Shown: positions 31,522 through 43,211 of the stretch, one piece after another | How the letters are laid out: every line of letters starts with the position of its first letter | Numbering within the stretch: position 1 is the first letter of the stretch | Source: an uncultured delta proteobacterium | GTDB lineage: Bacteria > Myxococcota_A > Polyangia > Fen-1088 | NCBI GenBank assembly: GCA_963796685.1 | Contig: CAWCMR010000005.1 | Coordinates: 361,513 to 425,512, forward strand | DNA length: 64,000 nt | Direction: 5' to 3' | The notes under the pieces: model-generated | Seen by the model: only the letters and a program-made list of their open reading frames with translations | Database searches by the model: none | What the model was told of the DNA's origin: nothing | Translations under genes and position numbers: made by a program

Positions 31522-32688
31522 TTGCACATCGGAATCAACGCCCTGTATCTGCTGCCTGGCAAGGTGGGCGGGGCGGAAACCTACACACGCAACCTGGTCA
31601 AGGGGCTGGTCGCCGCTCGACCGGAGGACACCTATTCCATCTTCATCAACCAGGAGAGCGCCGGCATCTTCGAGTCCCTGGCGCCCGGAATCAACGTGGT
31701 TCCCTGCCCCATCAAAGCCAGCCGCCGTCCCGTCAGGATCCTGTGGGAGCAAGGCGTGCTCCCTTTCCAGGTGCGCGCGCGCAAGATCGACGTCCTGCTG
31801 TCCACCGGGCTGACAGCGCCCTTCTATTGCCCGACGAAATCCATCCTGGTGCTCTACGACCTTCAGCACGTCAACCAGCCGCAGAACTTCCCCAAGTCGT
31901 ATCTCTTGTTTCTCAAGAGCATCATCTACGCCAGCGCGAAGAGCGCGGATGCCATCCTGACCATCTCGAATCACGTCAAGAACGACATCGTGAATTTCTA
32001 TCACATCCCACCCGAGCGCATCGAGGTGACCCACCTTGGCGTCGATCGCGAGCTGTTCGACGTGAACCGACGCCCCTTGACCCCGGCCATTCGGCAGAAA
32101 TACGGGCTGCCCGAACGCTACCTTCTCTACGGGGCAGCCTCGCTTCCGCACAAGAACCACCCCAGGCTGTTCGCGGCCTTGCAGTACGCCAAAAAGCAGA
32201 TCCCGGAACTGAAGCTCGTCTTGACCGGCGCGCGCGACAAGGGCGAGGACGCGCTGGCCAGCGAGATTCGCCGCCTGGGTTTGCAAGACGACGTGGTCCT
32301 GCTCGGCTGGATCCCCTTCGAGGATGTTCCCCCCATCTACGCCGGCTGCGAAGCCTTCGTGTTCCCCACCCTGCACGAGGGTTTCGGTCTGCCCGTCATC
32401 GAGGCCATGGCGTGCGGCGTGCCGGTCCTCTGTTCTCGCATCGAGCCGCTCATCGAGGTGGCGGGCGATGCCGCGATCTTCTTCAATCCGCTCGACCCCG
32501 AAAGCATCGGCCAAGCCATCGTGTCCCTCCTGACCCACCCGGCGGCGCGCGCGGAATGGGTGCAAAAGGGCCTTCGGCGCGCGCAAGCCTTCACCTGGGA
32601 AGAGACCGCCAGAAAGACCCTCGCCTTCATCGATTCCGTGGTGGGGGGTGCGACCCACGCCGCCCCCGATACCGCGGCGCCGAGATAG
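31522..32688 (+). CDS. Family 4 glycosyltransferase
   Basis: GGAETY, PHKN, FPTLHEGFGLPVIEAMACG, FTWEETA. Confidence 0.92.
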   Translation: MHIGINALYLLPGKVGGAETYTRNLVKGLVAARPEDTYSIFINQESAGIFESLAPGINVVPCPIKASRRPVRILWEQGVLPFQVRARKIDVLLSTGLTAPFYCPTKSILVLYDLQHVNQPQNFPKSYLLFLKSIIYASAKSADAILTISNHVKNDIVNFYHIPPERIEVTHLGVDRELFDVNRRPLTPAIRQKYGLPERYLLYGAASLPHKNHPRLFAALQYAKKQIPELKLVLTGARDKGEDALASEIRRLGLQDDVVLLGWIPFEDVPPIYAGCEAFVFPTLHEGFGLPVIEAMACGVPVLCSRIEPLIEVAGDAAIFFNPLDPESIGQAIVSLLTHPAARAEWVQKGLRRAQAFTWEETARKTLAFIDSVVGGATHAAPDTAAPR

Positions 32689-32698
32689 ACGCGGGCGC

Positions 32699-33301
32699 TC
32701 AGGCCCGCTTGCGCGCCAGCAGCACGAACTCGTTGTGCCGGAACAAGTGGCCGACGAACCGCGGGAAGGGGAAGGAGTAGTGCTTCTCCACCTCCAACCC
32801 GAGGCTGGTGGCCAGGCGGGTGAGCGCCGTGAAGTCGAACAGCTCCACGTGGGTCGGATCCGAGCGAAATCCCACTTCCTGCGGGGTGATCAAGACCACG
32901 CGTGCGCCCACCCGGATGAAGGGCAGGTAGGTGGCGACCAGCGCGCGGGCTTCGTCGAAGTGCATGTGCTCGGCGACGTGCGAAAGCAGCAGGGCATCGA
33001 AGCGCCCGGGATGGCCGTACTCGGAGGCGAAGAACTCCTCGGGTAGGAAGGCGGTGTAGCCGCGCTCGCGAACCGTGGCCACCGACTCGGGGTTGTGGTC
33101 GACGCCCACGCCCTTGCCGGCCAGGTTGTGAAGGTTCCTTCCCAAACCGCAACCGACGTCCAAGACAAGACCGAGGTCCAGCGAGCGCAGATGGCGCCGG
33201 TAGGGCCGCTGCACGTCGAGCAGCCGCTTCCACCACAGAGACTCCTGGCGCCTCAACCACTTGGTGTAGTCGGCGTCACTGGTGCGGGTCCGGGCCTTCA
33301 T
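32699..33301 (-). CDS. Class I SAM-dependent methyltransferase
   Basis: VLDVGCGLG, FDALLLSHVAEH, DPTHV. Confidence 0.88.
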   Translation of the reverse strand: MKARTRTSDADYTKWLRRQESLWWKRLLDVQRPYRRHLRSLDLGLVLDVGCGLGRNLHNLAGKGVGVDHNPESVATVRERGYTAFLPEEFFASEYGHPGRFDALLLSHVAEHMHFDEARALVATYLPFIRVGARVVLITPQEVGFRSDPTHVELFDFTALTRLATSLGLEVEKHYSFPFPRFVGHLFRHNEFVLLARKRA

Positions 33302-33358
33302 GACGCCAACCTAGCAGCGCCGGGCTGGCCGGTCCACTGGCGCGGACAAGCGCATCGA

Positions 33359-34508
33359 TCACCCGGCCAGCACCCGCCGGTACAGGGCCTCGTAGCGATC
33401 GATAGCCGGACCCGGTCGAAACCGCATTTCGGCCACGTGGCGGGCCGCGCGCGACATGCGCCGCCGCAAGTCCTCGTCGGTAAGCAGGCGCCGCACGTGC
33501 TTGGCCATGCCCGCGATGTCGCCGGGCGCGGCCAGGAAACCGGTCTCGCCATCCACCACGACCTCGGGGAGGCCGCCCACGTCGGAAGCCACCACGGGAA
33601 CGCCGCAGGCCATGGCTTCGAGCGCGGCCAGGCCGAAGCTTTCGGTCAGGCTGGGCAGCAAGAAGAGGTCGCTGTGCTGCAGCAGCGAGACCAGAATCGC
33701 TCTTCTCGCCCAGGAAGCGAACGTGCGATGCAAGGCCCAGGGACGCAACCAGGGCCTCGACGCGCGACCGCTCGGGCCCCTCGCCCACCAGATCGAGCCG
33801 CGACGGGACCTCGGCCCGCACGGCTGCGAAGATGTGCACCACGTCGTCCACGCGCTTGAGCGCCCGAAAGTTCGAGATGTGGGTCAGGACGCGTGGGCGC
33901 GGGGCCGGGCCGGCGCCGGGACCAGCGCGCCCATCGGATGGCCGGAAGGCATCGGTGTCCACGAAGTTGGGAATCACCTCGATGGCCACCTCGCGGGGAA
34001 GGCCGAGCTCTCGGTACGCGGCCTCGGCCAGCCAGCGCGAGGGCGCGGTGATGGCATCGCTTTGGCTCACGGCAAAGCGGGCAAGGGGCTGAAATCGAGG
34101 ATCCGACCCGACCAAGGAAACGTCGGTTCCGTGCAGGGTGGTCACCATCTTGGGCGCACAGAGCCCCAGCACCTGGCGGGCCAGAAAACCGCTGACCGCG
34201 TGCGGGATGGCGTAATGCAGATGAAAAAGGTCCAATTTTTCCGCCCGCGCCACCTCGATCATCTTGGCGCTCAACGCCAAGGCGTAGGAGCGCTCGGCCA
34301 GCAAGGGATAGTCGAGCGACTCGACCTGGTGGCAGGTGACATTCGGGGAATCGGGATCCAGCCGCACGGGCGGCCGGTCGCTGAGGATGCACACGCGGTG
34401 GCCGCGGCGGCCGAGCGCCATGCCGATCTCCGTGGCCACCACGCCGCTTCCGCCGAAGGTGGAGAAACAGGCGATTCCGATGCGCAGGCTGGGCCGCGAG
34501 ACCATCAT
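33359..34508 (-). CDS. bshA: N-acetylglucosaminyl-L-malate synthase BshA; frameshift near 33700
   Basis: STFGGSGVVATE, HYAIPHA, TTLHGTD, HISNFRALKR; C-terminal ESFGLAALEAMACG in another frame. Confidence 0.85.
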
Positions 34509-36136
34509 GGCTCCAAGTCTTGAATGTCGGTGGCGAAAGGGCTGACCGCGCCGAGCCTGTCCATCACCAGGCGCTTGAGGGCCATGACCCCCACGCGGCC
34601 GGCCAGGGACGGCCAGCCGTAATAGCGCTCTTGCGGCGTCCGGTGCGGAAACAGGGCCAGCTCCAAGCGGCGGATGCGGCGCAAGGTGGTTTCGTCGCGC
34701 TCCACCAAGGTGCGGGCATAGCGATCGATCAGGCGCCCCAGTCCGTGCGCCACGCTGGCACGTACGCGCCGGGCCGGCCGTTGCAGGCGAGGGCCGGCCG
34801 CCTCGACGGCGGCGGCGATCTTCTCCAGCGCAGGCGCGATGGCATGGTCGACCAAGGCGCGCAGCTCCTCGGGACTGGCCGCGCCCGAGGGGATGGCGGC
34901 GGGCAGGCGCGCGTGCAACACCTCGGGTGGTGCCGACAGATCCGCGGCGCCGAGCCCGAGCTGCGCCAGCCACCTGCGCGTGCGGGCATCCACGCAACGA
35001 AAACGTGCGCGCGGCACCAGCAGCGGCGGCGTCAGGCCAAAGTGCGCGTACAGGGGCGAAAGCTGGGCGAAGTAGTTGATCTCACCCGGTCCCCCGACGT
35101 AGGCCACCGTCGGCAACAGGGTGTCTTGGACGATGGGGCGAAGCAGCGCCGAGGTGGAAAAGCGCAGGGGCGCGCTCGCCAGCGTGCGCAGGATCTCCTG
35201 GTGGCCGAAGACTTCCGGACTGCCGGCCAACCCCCAGGACGCGTCGCCGGTGCTTGCGACTTTGCGTTGGATGCGAAAGCGGGGACCGGTTTCGCCGTCG
35301 CGATGGAAGAAGACGAGCGCGCCGCGCTCGCGAACCGCCACTTGTTCGTCGAAACCGGCCGCAGCCAAGGCGGCGTGCCGCTCTTGCAGCCTCGCCTCGA
35401 TGGCTTCGCTCTCGTCCAGGCAGACGTGGTAGATGGGCGCGGCCTGCTCCGCCACCCGCGCGTCGCGAGGATTGAAGACCAGCAGCCCCTCCTCGGCGAA
35501 CACAGCGGCGATCACCCGTGCGAAGGCCCGGGCCATGGATTGCCCCGGCCGATAGTGCTCGCGCAGAAGGGCCAGTGTCTCTTCGGCAGCCGGGCCCGGT
35601 TCGAGGGTCTCGGCCAGGGTGTCGAGTAGCCCGGTCACCTGGGCGGGCAGCGTGCGGTGGGCAACCGAGGCGCGCGCCTGGCCTTCATCGGGCAAAACCA
35701 GACGAATCGGCTCCCCATCTCGCCCCGCGACCACGCACGAACAGATCTCCTCGAAGTCGTGATCCTCGGTTTGCAGCCAGAAGAGCGGCACGCAGCGCAC
35801 GCCGGACTCGGCTTCCATGGCGCGCGCCACGGCGATGGCCGAGGCTGCCTTGTAGAAAGCATAGAGCGGACCCAGGAAGAGCCCGACCTGCTGGCCGGTG
35901 GCGACGACGGCGGTTTGTCCCGCGGCCAGCTTGTCCAGGTTGGCCTGGCGAGCCGGGCTGGGCGGTAAATCCGACTGCTGCTCGCGCAAGACCTCCAGCA
36001 CCGCAGGCGCCACGTCACGCCCTGCGGCAAGAAGGGCGCGCTCGATGCGCGCCGCCGGCTCGCGGAAGCGAGACGCGAAGAACGCATGTGCAGCAGGCTC
36101 ACCTGCGAGGTAGGAATTGGAAAATGCGCGGCCCAC
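34505..36136 (-). CDS. bshC: Bacillithiol biosynthesis cysteine ligase BshC
   Basis: TGQQVGLFLGPLY...KAAS, FWLQTEDHDFEE, LLRPIVQD...YVGGPGEINYFAQL, PQER; start codon uncertain. Confidence 0.92.
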   Translation of the reverse strand: MGRAFSNSYLAGEPAAHAFFASRFREPAARIERALLAAGRDVAPAVLEVLREQQSDLPPSPARQANLDKLAAGQTAVVATGQQVGLFLGPLYAFYKAASAIAVARAMEAESGVRCVPLFWLQTEDHDFEEICSCVVAGRDGEPIRLVLPDEGQARASVAHRTLPAQVTGLLDTLAETLEPGPAAEETLALLREHYRPGQSMARAFARVIAAVFAEEGLLVFNPRDARVAEQAAPIYHVCLDESEAIEARLQERHAALAAAGFDEQVAVRERGALVFFHRDGETGPRFRIQRKVASTGDASWGLAGSPEVFGHQEILRTLASAPLRFSTSALLRPIVQDTLLPTVAYVGGPGEINYFAQLSPLYAHFGLTPPLLVPRARFRCVDARTRRWLAQLGLGAADLSAPPEVLHARLPAAIPSGAASPEELRALVDHAIAPALEKIAAAVEAAGPRLQRPARRVRASVAHGLGRLIDRYARTLVERDETTLRRIRRLELALFPHRTPQERYYGWPSLAGRVGVMALKRLVMDRLGAVSPFATDIQDLEP

Positions 36137-38762
36137 TGTTGGCGGTCAGTATACTCGGCAGAGCTTGCTTGTCCCGGAGGAGCCTCGGCTTCTTCGTAGC
36201 GATTGCGATCCCGATCATGTCCCTCATCTCCCTCATGTCCCTCATCCCCCTCGAGGCCAACGCCAGCCCACCCCCGCCCCAGCCCGACGCGGCCGAGATC
36301 CAGCTTGGCCTGCGCAAGCTGGGAGTGGTGGGTAGCGTCCTTTACGTGGCCGCCCATCCCGACGACGAGAACACCAACCTCCTCGCCTATCTGTCGAAGG
36401 AAAAGCTGGTGCGCACGGCCTATCTCTCGCTCACGCGCGGGGACGGCGGGCAGAACCTGATCGGCTCCGAGCAAGGTCCTGACCTGGGCGTCATCCGCAC
36501 ACAGGAGTTGCTGGCGGCGCGCCGGCTCGACGGGGCCGAGCAGTTTTTCACCCGGGCGCGCGACTTCGGCTACTCGAAGAATCCCGAGGAAACCCTTCGC
36601 ATCTGGGGCAAGGACGCCGTGCTGGCCGATGTGGTCCAGGTCATTCGCCGCTTTCGTCCCGACGTCATCGTCACGCGCTTCTCGCCCGAGGTGAGCGAGA
36701 CGCACGGGCACCACACCGCCTCGGCGCAGCTTGCCCTCGAGGCCTTTCACGCGGCGGCGGATGCGAATTTCCACCCCGAGCAGCTTAACGCCGACGTGCG
36801 GCCGTGGCAGGCGCGCCGGATCCTCTGGAACCGCTCGTCGTGGAGCATCACCCCCGGCGACGACCTGTCGGGCTTCCTGAAGATGGACGTGAACGCCTAC
36901 ATTCCGTTGCTCGGCATTTCGTGCGGCGAGCTGGCCGCGGACAGCCGCAGCATGCACAAAAGCCAGGGGTTCGGGGTGGCGCCCACGCGTGCGCCCATCA
37001 TCGAGTACTTCAAGCTGCTCGCCGAGTCCGAGCCTTCGGCGCCGCTCCACGGCTCCGTGCTCGACGGGCTCGACTTCTCATGGGCGCGCTTCAAGGGCAC
37101 CTCCGCGCTCAGACGCCTGGTCGAGCGCACCTTGCGCGCGTTCGAGCCGGCGGCCCCGTACAAGAGCATCCCAGCCCTGGTCCAAATCGACCAGGCCTTG
37201 GACAGCGTGGCCGATGCGGGTTGGCGGACCAAGAAGAAGGCCGAGGTTCGCGACCTCATCCTGGCCTGCGCCGGGCTATTCAGCGAAGCGACCTCGGCCG
37301 ACTACCGGGTCGTGCCCGGCGCCTCCATCGAGGTCACCGCGACTGCCGTCAACCGCTCGCCGGCGAAGATCGCCCTGCGCGAGGTTCGCTTCCTGGGCGG
37401 CGCGATCGCGGACGGGCACGGCGCTGCCGATGGGCACCAGGCGCGCGTAGACAAGCCGCTCGGTACGGCGGAGGTGAAGCGGGTCCTGCGCGTGCCGTCC
37501 AGCTCCCCTTGACCACACCGTATTGGTTGGCGTTGCCGCCCGAGCCGGGACTGTTTCGCGTCCAGGATCCCTCGCTGATCGGTCTTGCCGAGGCCGAGTC
37601 GCCCCTCGCCGTCGAATTCGTGCTCGACATCGACGGCCACGCCCTGACGGTCCGCCGCCCCATCGACTTCAAGTGGACCGATCCGGTGGCGGGCGAGCGC
37701 CACCGTCCTCTCGAGGTCACGCCCGCAGTTTCGGTGCGCCCCGCCACCAAGGTCCTCATGTTCCCGCGCGGCGAGGCGCGCACGCTGTCCGTTCGCCTGA
37801 CGGCCGGCGCCCCCTCCGTCGCTGGCACGCTTCGCCTGGAGATGCCGGCAGGGTGGTCTGCGACCCCTGCCACGCAACCCTTCGCGCTTTCGGGCAAAGG
37901 CGCGGAAGCCGAGCTCGCCTTTCACGTTCAGCCGCCGCCGCCAAGCAACGGCCAGCAAGATTCCTCGACCCTGCGCGCGGTGGCCGACGTCGGTGCGCTC
38001 CACCTTTCCCAGGGAGCAATCCATATCGAGCACGCCCATATCCCCATCCAGACCGTGCTCGACCGCTCGGACGTGCGTTTGGTCTCGTTCGCCATCGAGC
38101 GGCAAGGAAGCAAGATTGGCTACATCCCCGGGCCGGGCGACGAAGTCCCGGCCGCGCTTCGCCAGGTCGGCTACGAGGTCACGTCCATCGGCGACGACGT
38201 GCTCGCCGGCCTCGTCCCCGGCAGTCCCGCGTTGGCCCGCTTCGATGCCATCGTCATAGGCGTGCGCGCCTTCAACACCGACGAGACGCTGCGCCGGGCG
38301 CACGCGGCCCTCATGGCCTACGTCGAGGCCGGCGGCACCCTGGTCGCGCAGTACAACACCAACAATCGTCTGGCCCCGCTGGCGACGCCCATCGGGCCCT
38401 TCCCCTTCGAGATTGGCCACGAGCGCGTGACCGACGAATCCGCCGCCGTTCACTTCCTTCATCCCGATCAACGCATCCTCGACGCCCCCAATCGCATCAC
38501 TGCGCGTGACTTCGACGGCTGGATCCAAGAGCGCGGGCTGTACTTCGCGTCGACCTGGGATCCGCGCTACCAGACCGTGCTCGGCATGAACGATCCTGGT
38601 GAGCCGAGCCTGGACGGTGGCCTGTTGTGGGTACGCCACGGCAAGGGGGTCTTCATCTACACCGGCCTGGCCATCTTCCGTCAGTTGCCGGCCGGCGTTC
38701 CCGGCGCGTTCCGACTGTTCGCCAATCTCTTGGCCGCGGGACATGAGCAAGATGCCCGATGA
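36124..38762 (+). CDS. Large exported PIG-L/LmbE-family deacetylase-like protein; frameshift near 37505
   Basis: AAHPDDE, TRGDGGQN, RTQEL, DFGYSK, HGHH, RSMHKSQGFG; C-terminal half (GWIQERG, RQLPAGVPGA) in another frame; start uncertain. Confidence 0.85.
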
Positions 38763-38874
38763 GACGCCGCCCTCGGCCCCGCCGCTGAGCTGGACAGCGC
38801 TTTACCTCATCGTCGCCGGGACGCTGGTCTTGGAAATCGCCGCCTTCGCGGCCTTCACCTGGATCTACCGGTGA
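38743..38874 (+). CDS. Small single-TM protein preceding the SSS transporter
   Basis: WTALYLIVAGTLVLEIAAFAAFTWIYR; GTGA overlap with the symporter. Confidence 0.6.
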   Translation: MSKMPDETPPSAPPLSWTALYLIVAGTLVLEIAAFAAFTWIYR

Positions 38875-40592
38875 GCGCGCTCGACTGGGTGGTGCTGCTC
38901 GGCACCCTCGCCGCCATCGTTGGCTATGGCACCTGGAAGGCGCGCGGCCGGCAAGACATGGCCCACTACCTGCGCGGCGGGGAAGACAAGTGGCACACCA
39001 TTGGCCTGTCCGTCATGGCCACGCAGGCCAGTGCCATCACCTTTCTCTCCATGCCGGGTCAGGCGTACCAAGACGGCATGCGCTTCATCCAGTTCTACTT
39101 CGGCCTGCCGCTGGCTATGATCGTGCTGTCGGTCGTCTTTCTGCCCCGCTATTTTCAGTTGCGCGTGTTCACGGCCTACGAGCTCCTCGAGACGCGCTTC
39201 GACCGCAAGACCCGGCAGTTGACGGCGTTCCTGTTCCTGCTCCAGCGCGGCCTTTCCGCCGGCATCACCATCTACGCGCCCGCCATCATCCTGTCGTCCG
39301 TGCTGGGCTGGCCCTTCCGGCTGACGTGCCTGGGCATCGGCGGCGTGGTCATCGTGTACACCGTCATCGGCGGCACCCGGGCGGTCAGCCAGACGCAAAA
39401 GCAGCAGATGCTGGTCATGCTGGGCGGGCTGGTCGTCGCGTTCGTCCTCATCGTCGCGCGCCTGCCGTCCGAGGTCTCCTTCCGCAACGCCCTGCACATC
39501 GCGGGCACGCTGGGCAAGCTGAACGCGGTCGATCTCTCCGTCGATCCGCGCGCGCGCTACACGCTTTGGTCGGGGCTGCTCGGCGGTTTCTTTCTGGCCA
39601 TGGCCTACTTCGGCACCGATCAATCGCAGGTGCAACGCTACCTCGGCGCCCACAGCACCACCGAGAGCCGGCTTGGCCTGCTGTTCAACGGGCTGGTCAA
39701 GATCCCGATGCAGTCGCTGATTTTGTTCGTGGGCGTGATGCTCTTCGTCTTCTACCAATTCAACGCGCCCCCGGTCTTCTTCAACCAGGTCGCGCTCGCG
39801 CGCGCCAAGCACACCGCCTTCGCCGGCAAGCTCTCGTCCCTCGAACGGGCGCACGCGGACGCCTTCGCGCACAAGCGCAACGAGATCCAGGGGCTGGACC
39901 AGGCGCTGCGCCGGGGCGACGCCACGGCGATTGCAGCCAGCGAAGCGCGGGTGCGCGCGGCCGAGGCTACCTCGGCGACCATTCGCCTGGAGGCCAAGCA
40001 AACCATCGCCCAGGCCCTGCCCGGCGCCAACACCAAGGATGCCGACTACATCTTCCTGTCGTTCGTCATGCGCAACTTGCCGCGCGGGCTGGTGGGTCTG
40101 TTGCTGGTGGTCATCTTCTGCGCGGCCATGTCGGCCGTGGCCGGCGAGCTGTCGGCGCTGGCGTCGACCACGGTGGTGGACTTCTACCGTCGTAGCGTGC
40201 GCAAGGACGCCTCCGACGCGCACTATGTCCGGGCGGCGAAATGGTTCACGGCAGGCTGGGGCGTGCTGGCCGTCCTGTTCGCGACCTTCGCTTCGCTGAT
40301 CGACAATTTGATCCAGGCCGTGAACATCCTCGGCTCGCTCTTCTACGGCACCATCCTGGGCATCTTCCTGGTGGCGTTTTCCCGCCACGTGGTGCGCGGG
40401 ACCGCCGTGTTTCTCGCGGCCATCGTCGCCGAGGCCATCGTCGTCGGCGTCTTCCTGGGCACGGACATCAGCTTCCTCTGGTACAACGTCATCGGCTGCG
40501 TGAGCGTGGTGCTGCTGGCGGCCGTTCTGCAAATGGTCTTGCCCGGCCCGCATCTCCAAGGCGCACCGGCGCGTCCTCGGTCAGAAGCTTGA
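38871..40592 (+). CDS. Sodium:solute symporter (SSS)
   Basis: LSVMATQASAITFLS, TAYELLETRF, YFGTDQSQVQRYL, AAMS. Confidence 0.93.
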   Translation: MSALDWVVLLGTLAAIVGYGTWKARGRQDMAHYLRGGEDKWHTIGLSVMATQASAITFLSMPGQAYQDGMRFIQFYFGLPLAMIVLSVVFLPRYFQLRVFTAYELLETRFDRKTRQLTAFLFLLQRGLSAGITIYAPAIILSSVLGWPFRLTCLGIGGVVIVYTVIGGTRAVSQTQKQQMLVMLGGLVVAFVLIVARLPSEVSFRNALHIAGTLGKLNAVDLSVDPRARYTLWSGLLGGFFLAMAYFGTDQSQVQRYLGAHSTTESRLGLLFNGLVKIPMQSLILFVGVMLFVFYQFNAPPVFFNQVALARAKHTAFAGKLSSLERAHADAFAHKRNEIQGLDQALRRGDATAIAASEARVRAAEATSATIRLEAKQTIAQALPGANTKDADYIFLSFVMRNLPRGLVGLLLVVIFCAAMSAVAGELSALASTTVVDFYRRSVRKDASDAHYVRAAKWFTAGWGVLAVLFATFASLIDNLIQAVNILGSLFYGTILGIFLVAFSRHVVRGTAVFLAAIVAEAIVVGVFLGTDISFLWYNVIGCVSVVLLAAVLQMVLPGPHLQGAPARPRSEA

Positions 40593-41944
40593 GCATCTCC
40601 TCGGCCGGGGCACGTATCTCCGGGCTGAGATGAGAAAGACCTTTCTCTGGCGTGACGGCCACGCACAACGCTTCGTAGAGCGGCGAGAGACGCTCGTCCA
40701 TTCCAGTCTCCTTAAGGAGCTCAATGGCTTTCTTGCCCACCCCGTGCTTAAGACACGTCTGACAAAACATCGTCAATTCCACCACGACCACCCCGGCCGG
40801 CGTGTTATCGGATGAGTCGAGACTGCCAAGGACTTGCGCTACTCGGCGTCTGGCCAAGAGCCAATCACCTTTGTCAAGCCATGACATCGCTGAGAAGATG
40901 AGCGCTTGCCGTGCCGCGATGCTACTGACCTCCAACGCCCGCAGGACCACGGCGTCGGGAAAGCCTGTCTTGGAGAGGCCATCGCCCACCACAAAAGGAG
41001 TATCGAGCACATCCTCCGACCGGGCGCTAAGAGAGAGAAAATGATCGACTTCTTCCGGTCTCGAAAACTCAGGCAGAGCGGGAAGATCGCCGCGTCCGAT
41101 GGCTTCAAGGACCCTTGGATCAATGGGTAGACCCGAACCTGGCAACTTCGTCCCTAGCAAATCACGCTTCTTGCTGTAGTTGCCTGTCAGGACCTTTGCA
41201 AACGTGATCTTGTATCGCATCGACAACACGGGATTGCATGCCAGAGCCTCCGCAAATCGCTTGGCCGTCATTCCCTTCGGCCACCTCACCTTGGCCTTGA
41301 GGATATTCGCGCGCACGTCCCGCAGCGCCCGCGCGCGATCCACGACGGGGGCCAGATGGGCGTCCTCGCCCGCGAGGTCGAGAAGCTCACGAAGCTCGCT
41401 CATCCGGCCACACTCTTCGAGCAGAACATGGATGGCGCGCAGCTTGAGTTGCCTGCGCAAGGCGGGCTCGTCGATCGCCGAGGCGAAGGCGAACAGCTTG
41501 GCCGTCCCGCCGGCGATCGCTCTTTGGCCTGCAGTCGTGGCCAGGAGATCCTCGGCCCGGCGCCGCAACTCCCGATCGCCATAGAAGACCCGCAAGAACT
41601 CGACCAGCCATCTCAAGCGCCGCCGCAAACGGCGGCTCGCGCGCATCAGGTACCAGATGTTGAAGAAACGCTCGGCCATCTGAAACCCGAGCTTGCCGGT
41701 CTCGGACAGGGACACCTTCGAGAGAACTCCCTGGCGACACAACCGGTCGAGCTGGGCGGACACGACGTTGATCCCGATCCGCGTGCGGCTTGCGCAGTCG
41801 GCAGCGGTCATCGGATGCCAGTGAAGCGCCACCGTGTTGACGATGAGCTGGCTTTGGGTCGGTAGATCCTCGAAGCGCGCCTTGTAGTAGGGCGAGGAGG
41901 TGGGGGTTGTAGATTGTGGAGGCAAAGCGCTTCACGGAGGTCAT
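40560..41944 (-). pseudogene. ATPase-wHTH-helical protein with most of the ATPase domain deleted
   Basis: Start MTSVKRFASTIYNPHLL joined out of frame to PYYKARFEDLP...ERFFNIWYLMR; no Walker A. Confidence 0.6.
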
Positions 41945-42402
41945 CGCACGTGCCTCTCCCAGTAGCGGCGCAGGAGTCCTGAGCGAAACCGCCAGCGACC
42001 TTGGTGCTCCACCAAGTAGCCGTCGTTAAGCAACACGTCGAGAAGCCAGATCAGGGTCGTGGTTCGTTCGGCAAGATCAGGAATCTGAACGCCTAGACAC
42101 TGGGACAAGGACGACATCGTGGCGCCCTTCGATTCACGCGCGCATGTCGCGAGAACGAGCCGTGCGAATTTGTCCTCCGGCGTGCCCAGCGCCTCGCGGA
42201 GCCGCCCCACCCACGAATTGAAATAGGTCTTGCGCGCCAGAAGCAGCGCTGGCGAGTCTCCTCGAGAAAACGGTCCGCGGTCGTTCCATCGTAGGGACCA
42301 AGACGCCAGTCCCGAAGATCGTTGATGGTATCGGTAAGGAGGTACCGACGGGTCACGCTGTCCAGGCCCACCGAGCCGGCAAGGACGAATCGGAGTTTTG
42401 CC
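41941..42402 (-). pseudogene. C-terminal remnant of the partner ATP-binding protein
   Basis: LRFVLAGSVGLD...TINDL, then in another frame YFNSW..RL...LLNDGYL...FRSGLLRRYW. Confidence 0.6.
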
Positions 42403-42724
42403 AGCGCGCAGCAGAGCATCCCAATCTGCGTGTGCTTCGGCTGGGAAGATTGGCGGGCGAAGCCCCGGAATCGCCAAGGCAGCATCCGCCAGCACGGCGG
42501 AGTGCCAGCTTGCGCCGGCCCGCTCTGGCAGACCCGCCACGCGTTCCAGTCGCACCAGAATCGCCTCGAACGCTTGGTATGCGTGATCGAGCGAGAGTGC
42601 CACAAGCGCGGCCTGGGCATCGCCGTGAAAGGGATCAGCGCCGCGGGCGCGGCCTAGATGAGTCTTCCCAATCGCGGTGACACTCGGCAGCCGCAAGGGC
42701 CGCGCGTGCTTCGGCCGGGCTCAC
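42403..42724 (-). pseudogene. Truncated HEPN (HepT-like) toxin
   Basis: LDHAYQAFEAILVRL...GASWHSAVL...IPGLRPPIF...DALLR, ending before the Rx4H motif. Confidence 0.65.
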
Positions 42725-43098
42725 AAGGGCACTCCGTCCTTGCGAACGCGCTCCTTCAGCGAAACGGGCGCCTCCGACATTTCGATGACATGGACATCCA
42801 GCCCACATGCGCGACCGACGAGCGAGGCCACCAGGAACGGATCGGAGCAGCCGTCTACCAACACGTCGATGTCGCTTCGCTCGCCCGGCTCTCCCCAGGC
42901 ATACGAACCGAAGAGCCAGGCGTCGGCGCAGAGTCCCTCGGCTCGGGCACGCTCGATGGCGCCGCGAACGCCGGGCAACACGCCTCGGCGTCGAGCCTCG
43001 GACTGCTCCCCCTCCTTCGTCACTTCTTCCTCGAAATGCGCCCGTACGGCGCGACCGAAGGCGCGTACGAGGTCGGGATTCGGCAACCGCGGGAGCAT
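42721..43098 (-). CDS. MNT nucleotidyltransferase antitoxin
   Basis: WLFGSYAWG...SDIDVLV...VRKDGVPL. Confidence 0.82.
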   Translation of the reverse strand: MLPRLPNPDLVRAFGRAVRAHFEEEVTKEGEQSEARRRGVLPGVRGAIERARAEGLCADAWLFGSYAWGEPGERSDIDVLVDGCSDPFLVASLVGRACGLDVHVIEMSEAPVSLKERVRKDGVPL

Positions 43099-43211
43099 GG
43101 ACACAGAATGACAGCAGGTATCACGCCGGGCAAGACCTACGAGCCCCGCAATACCGAGCACGGGGTCGCCCAGGCTGGGCACCAGCGGGAGCCCGGGGCG
43201 GGCACAAAAAC

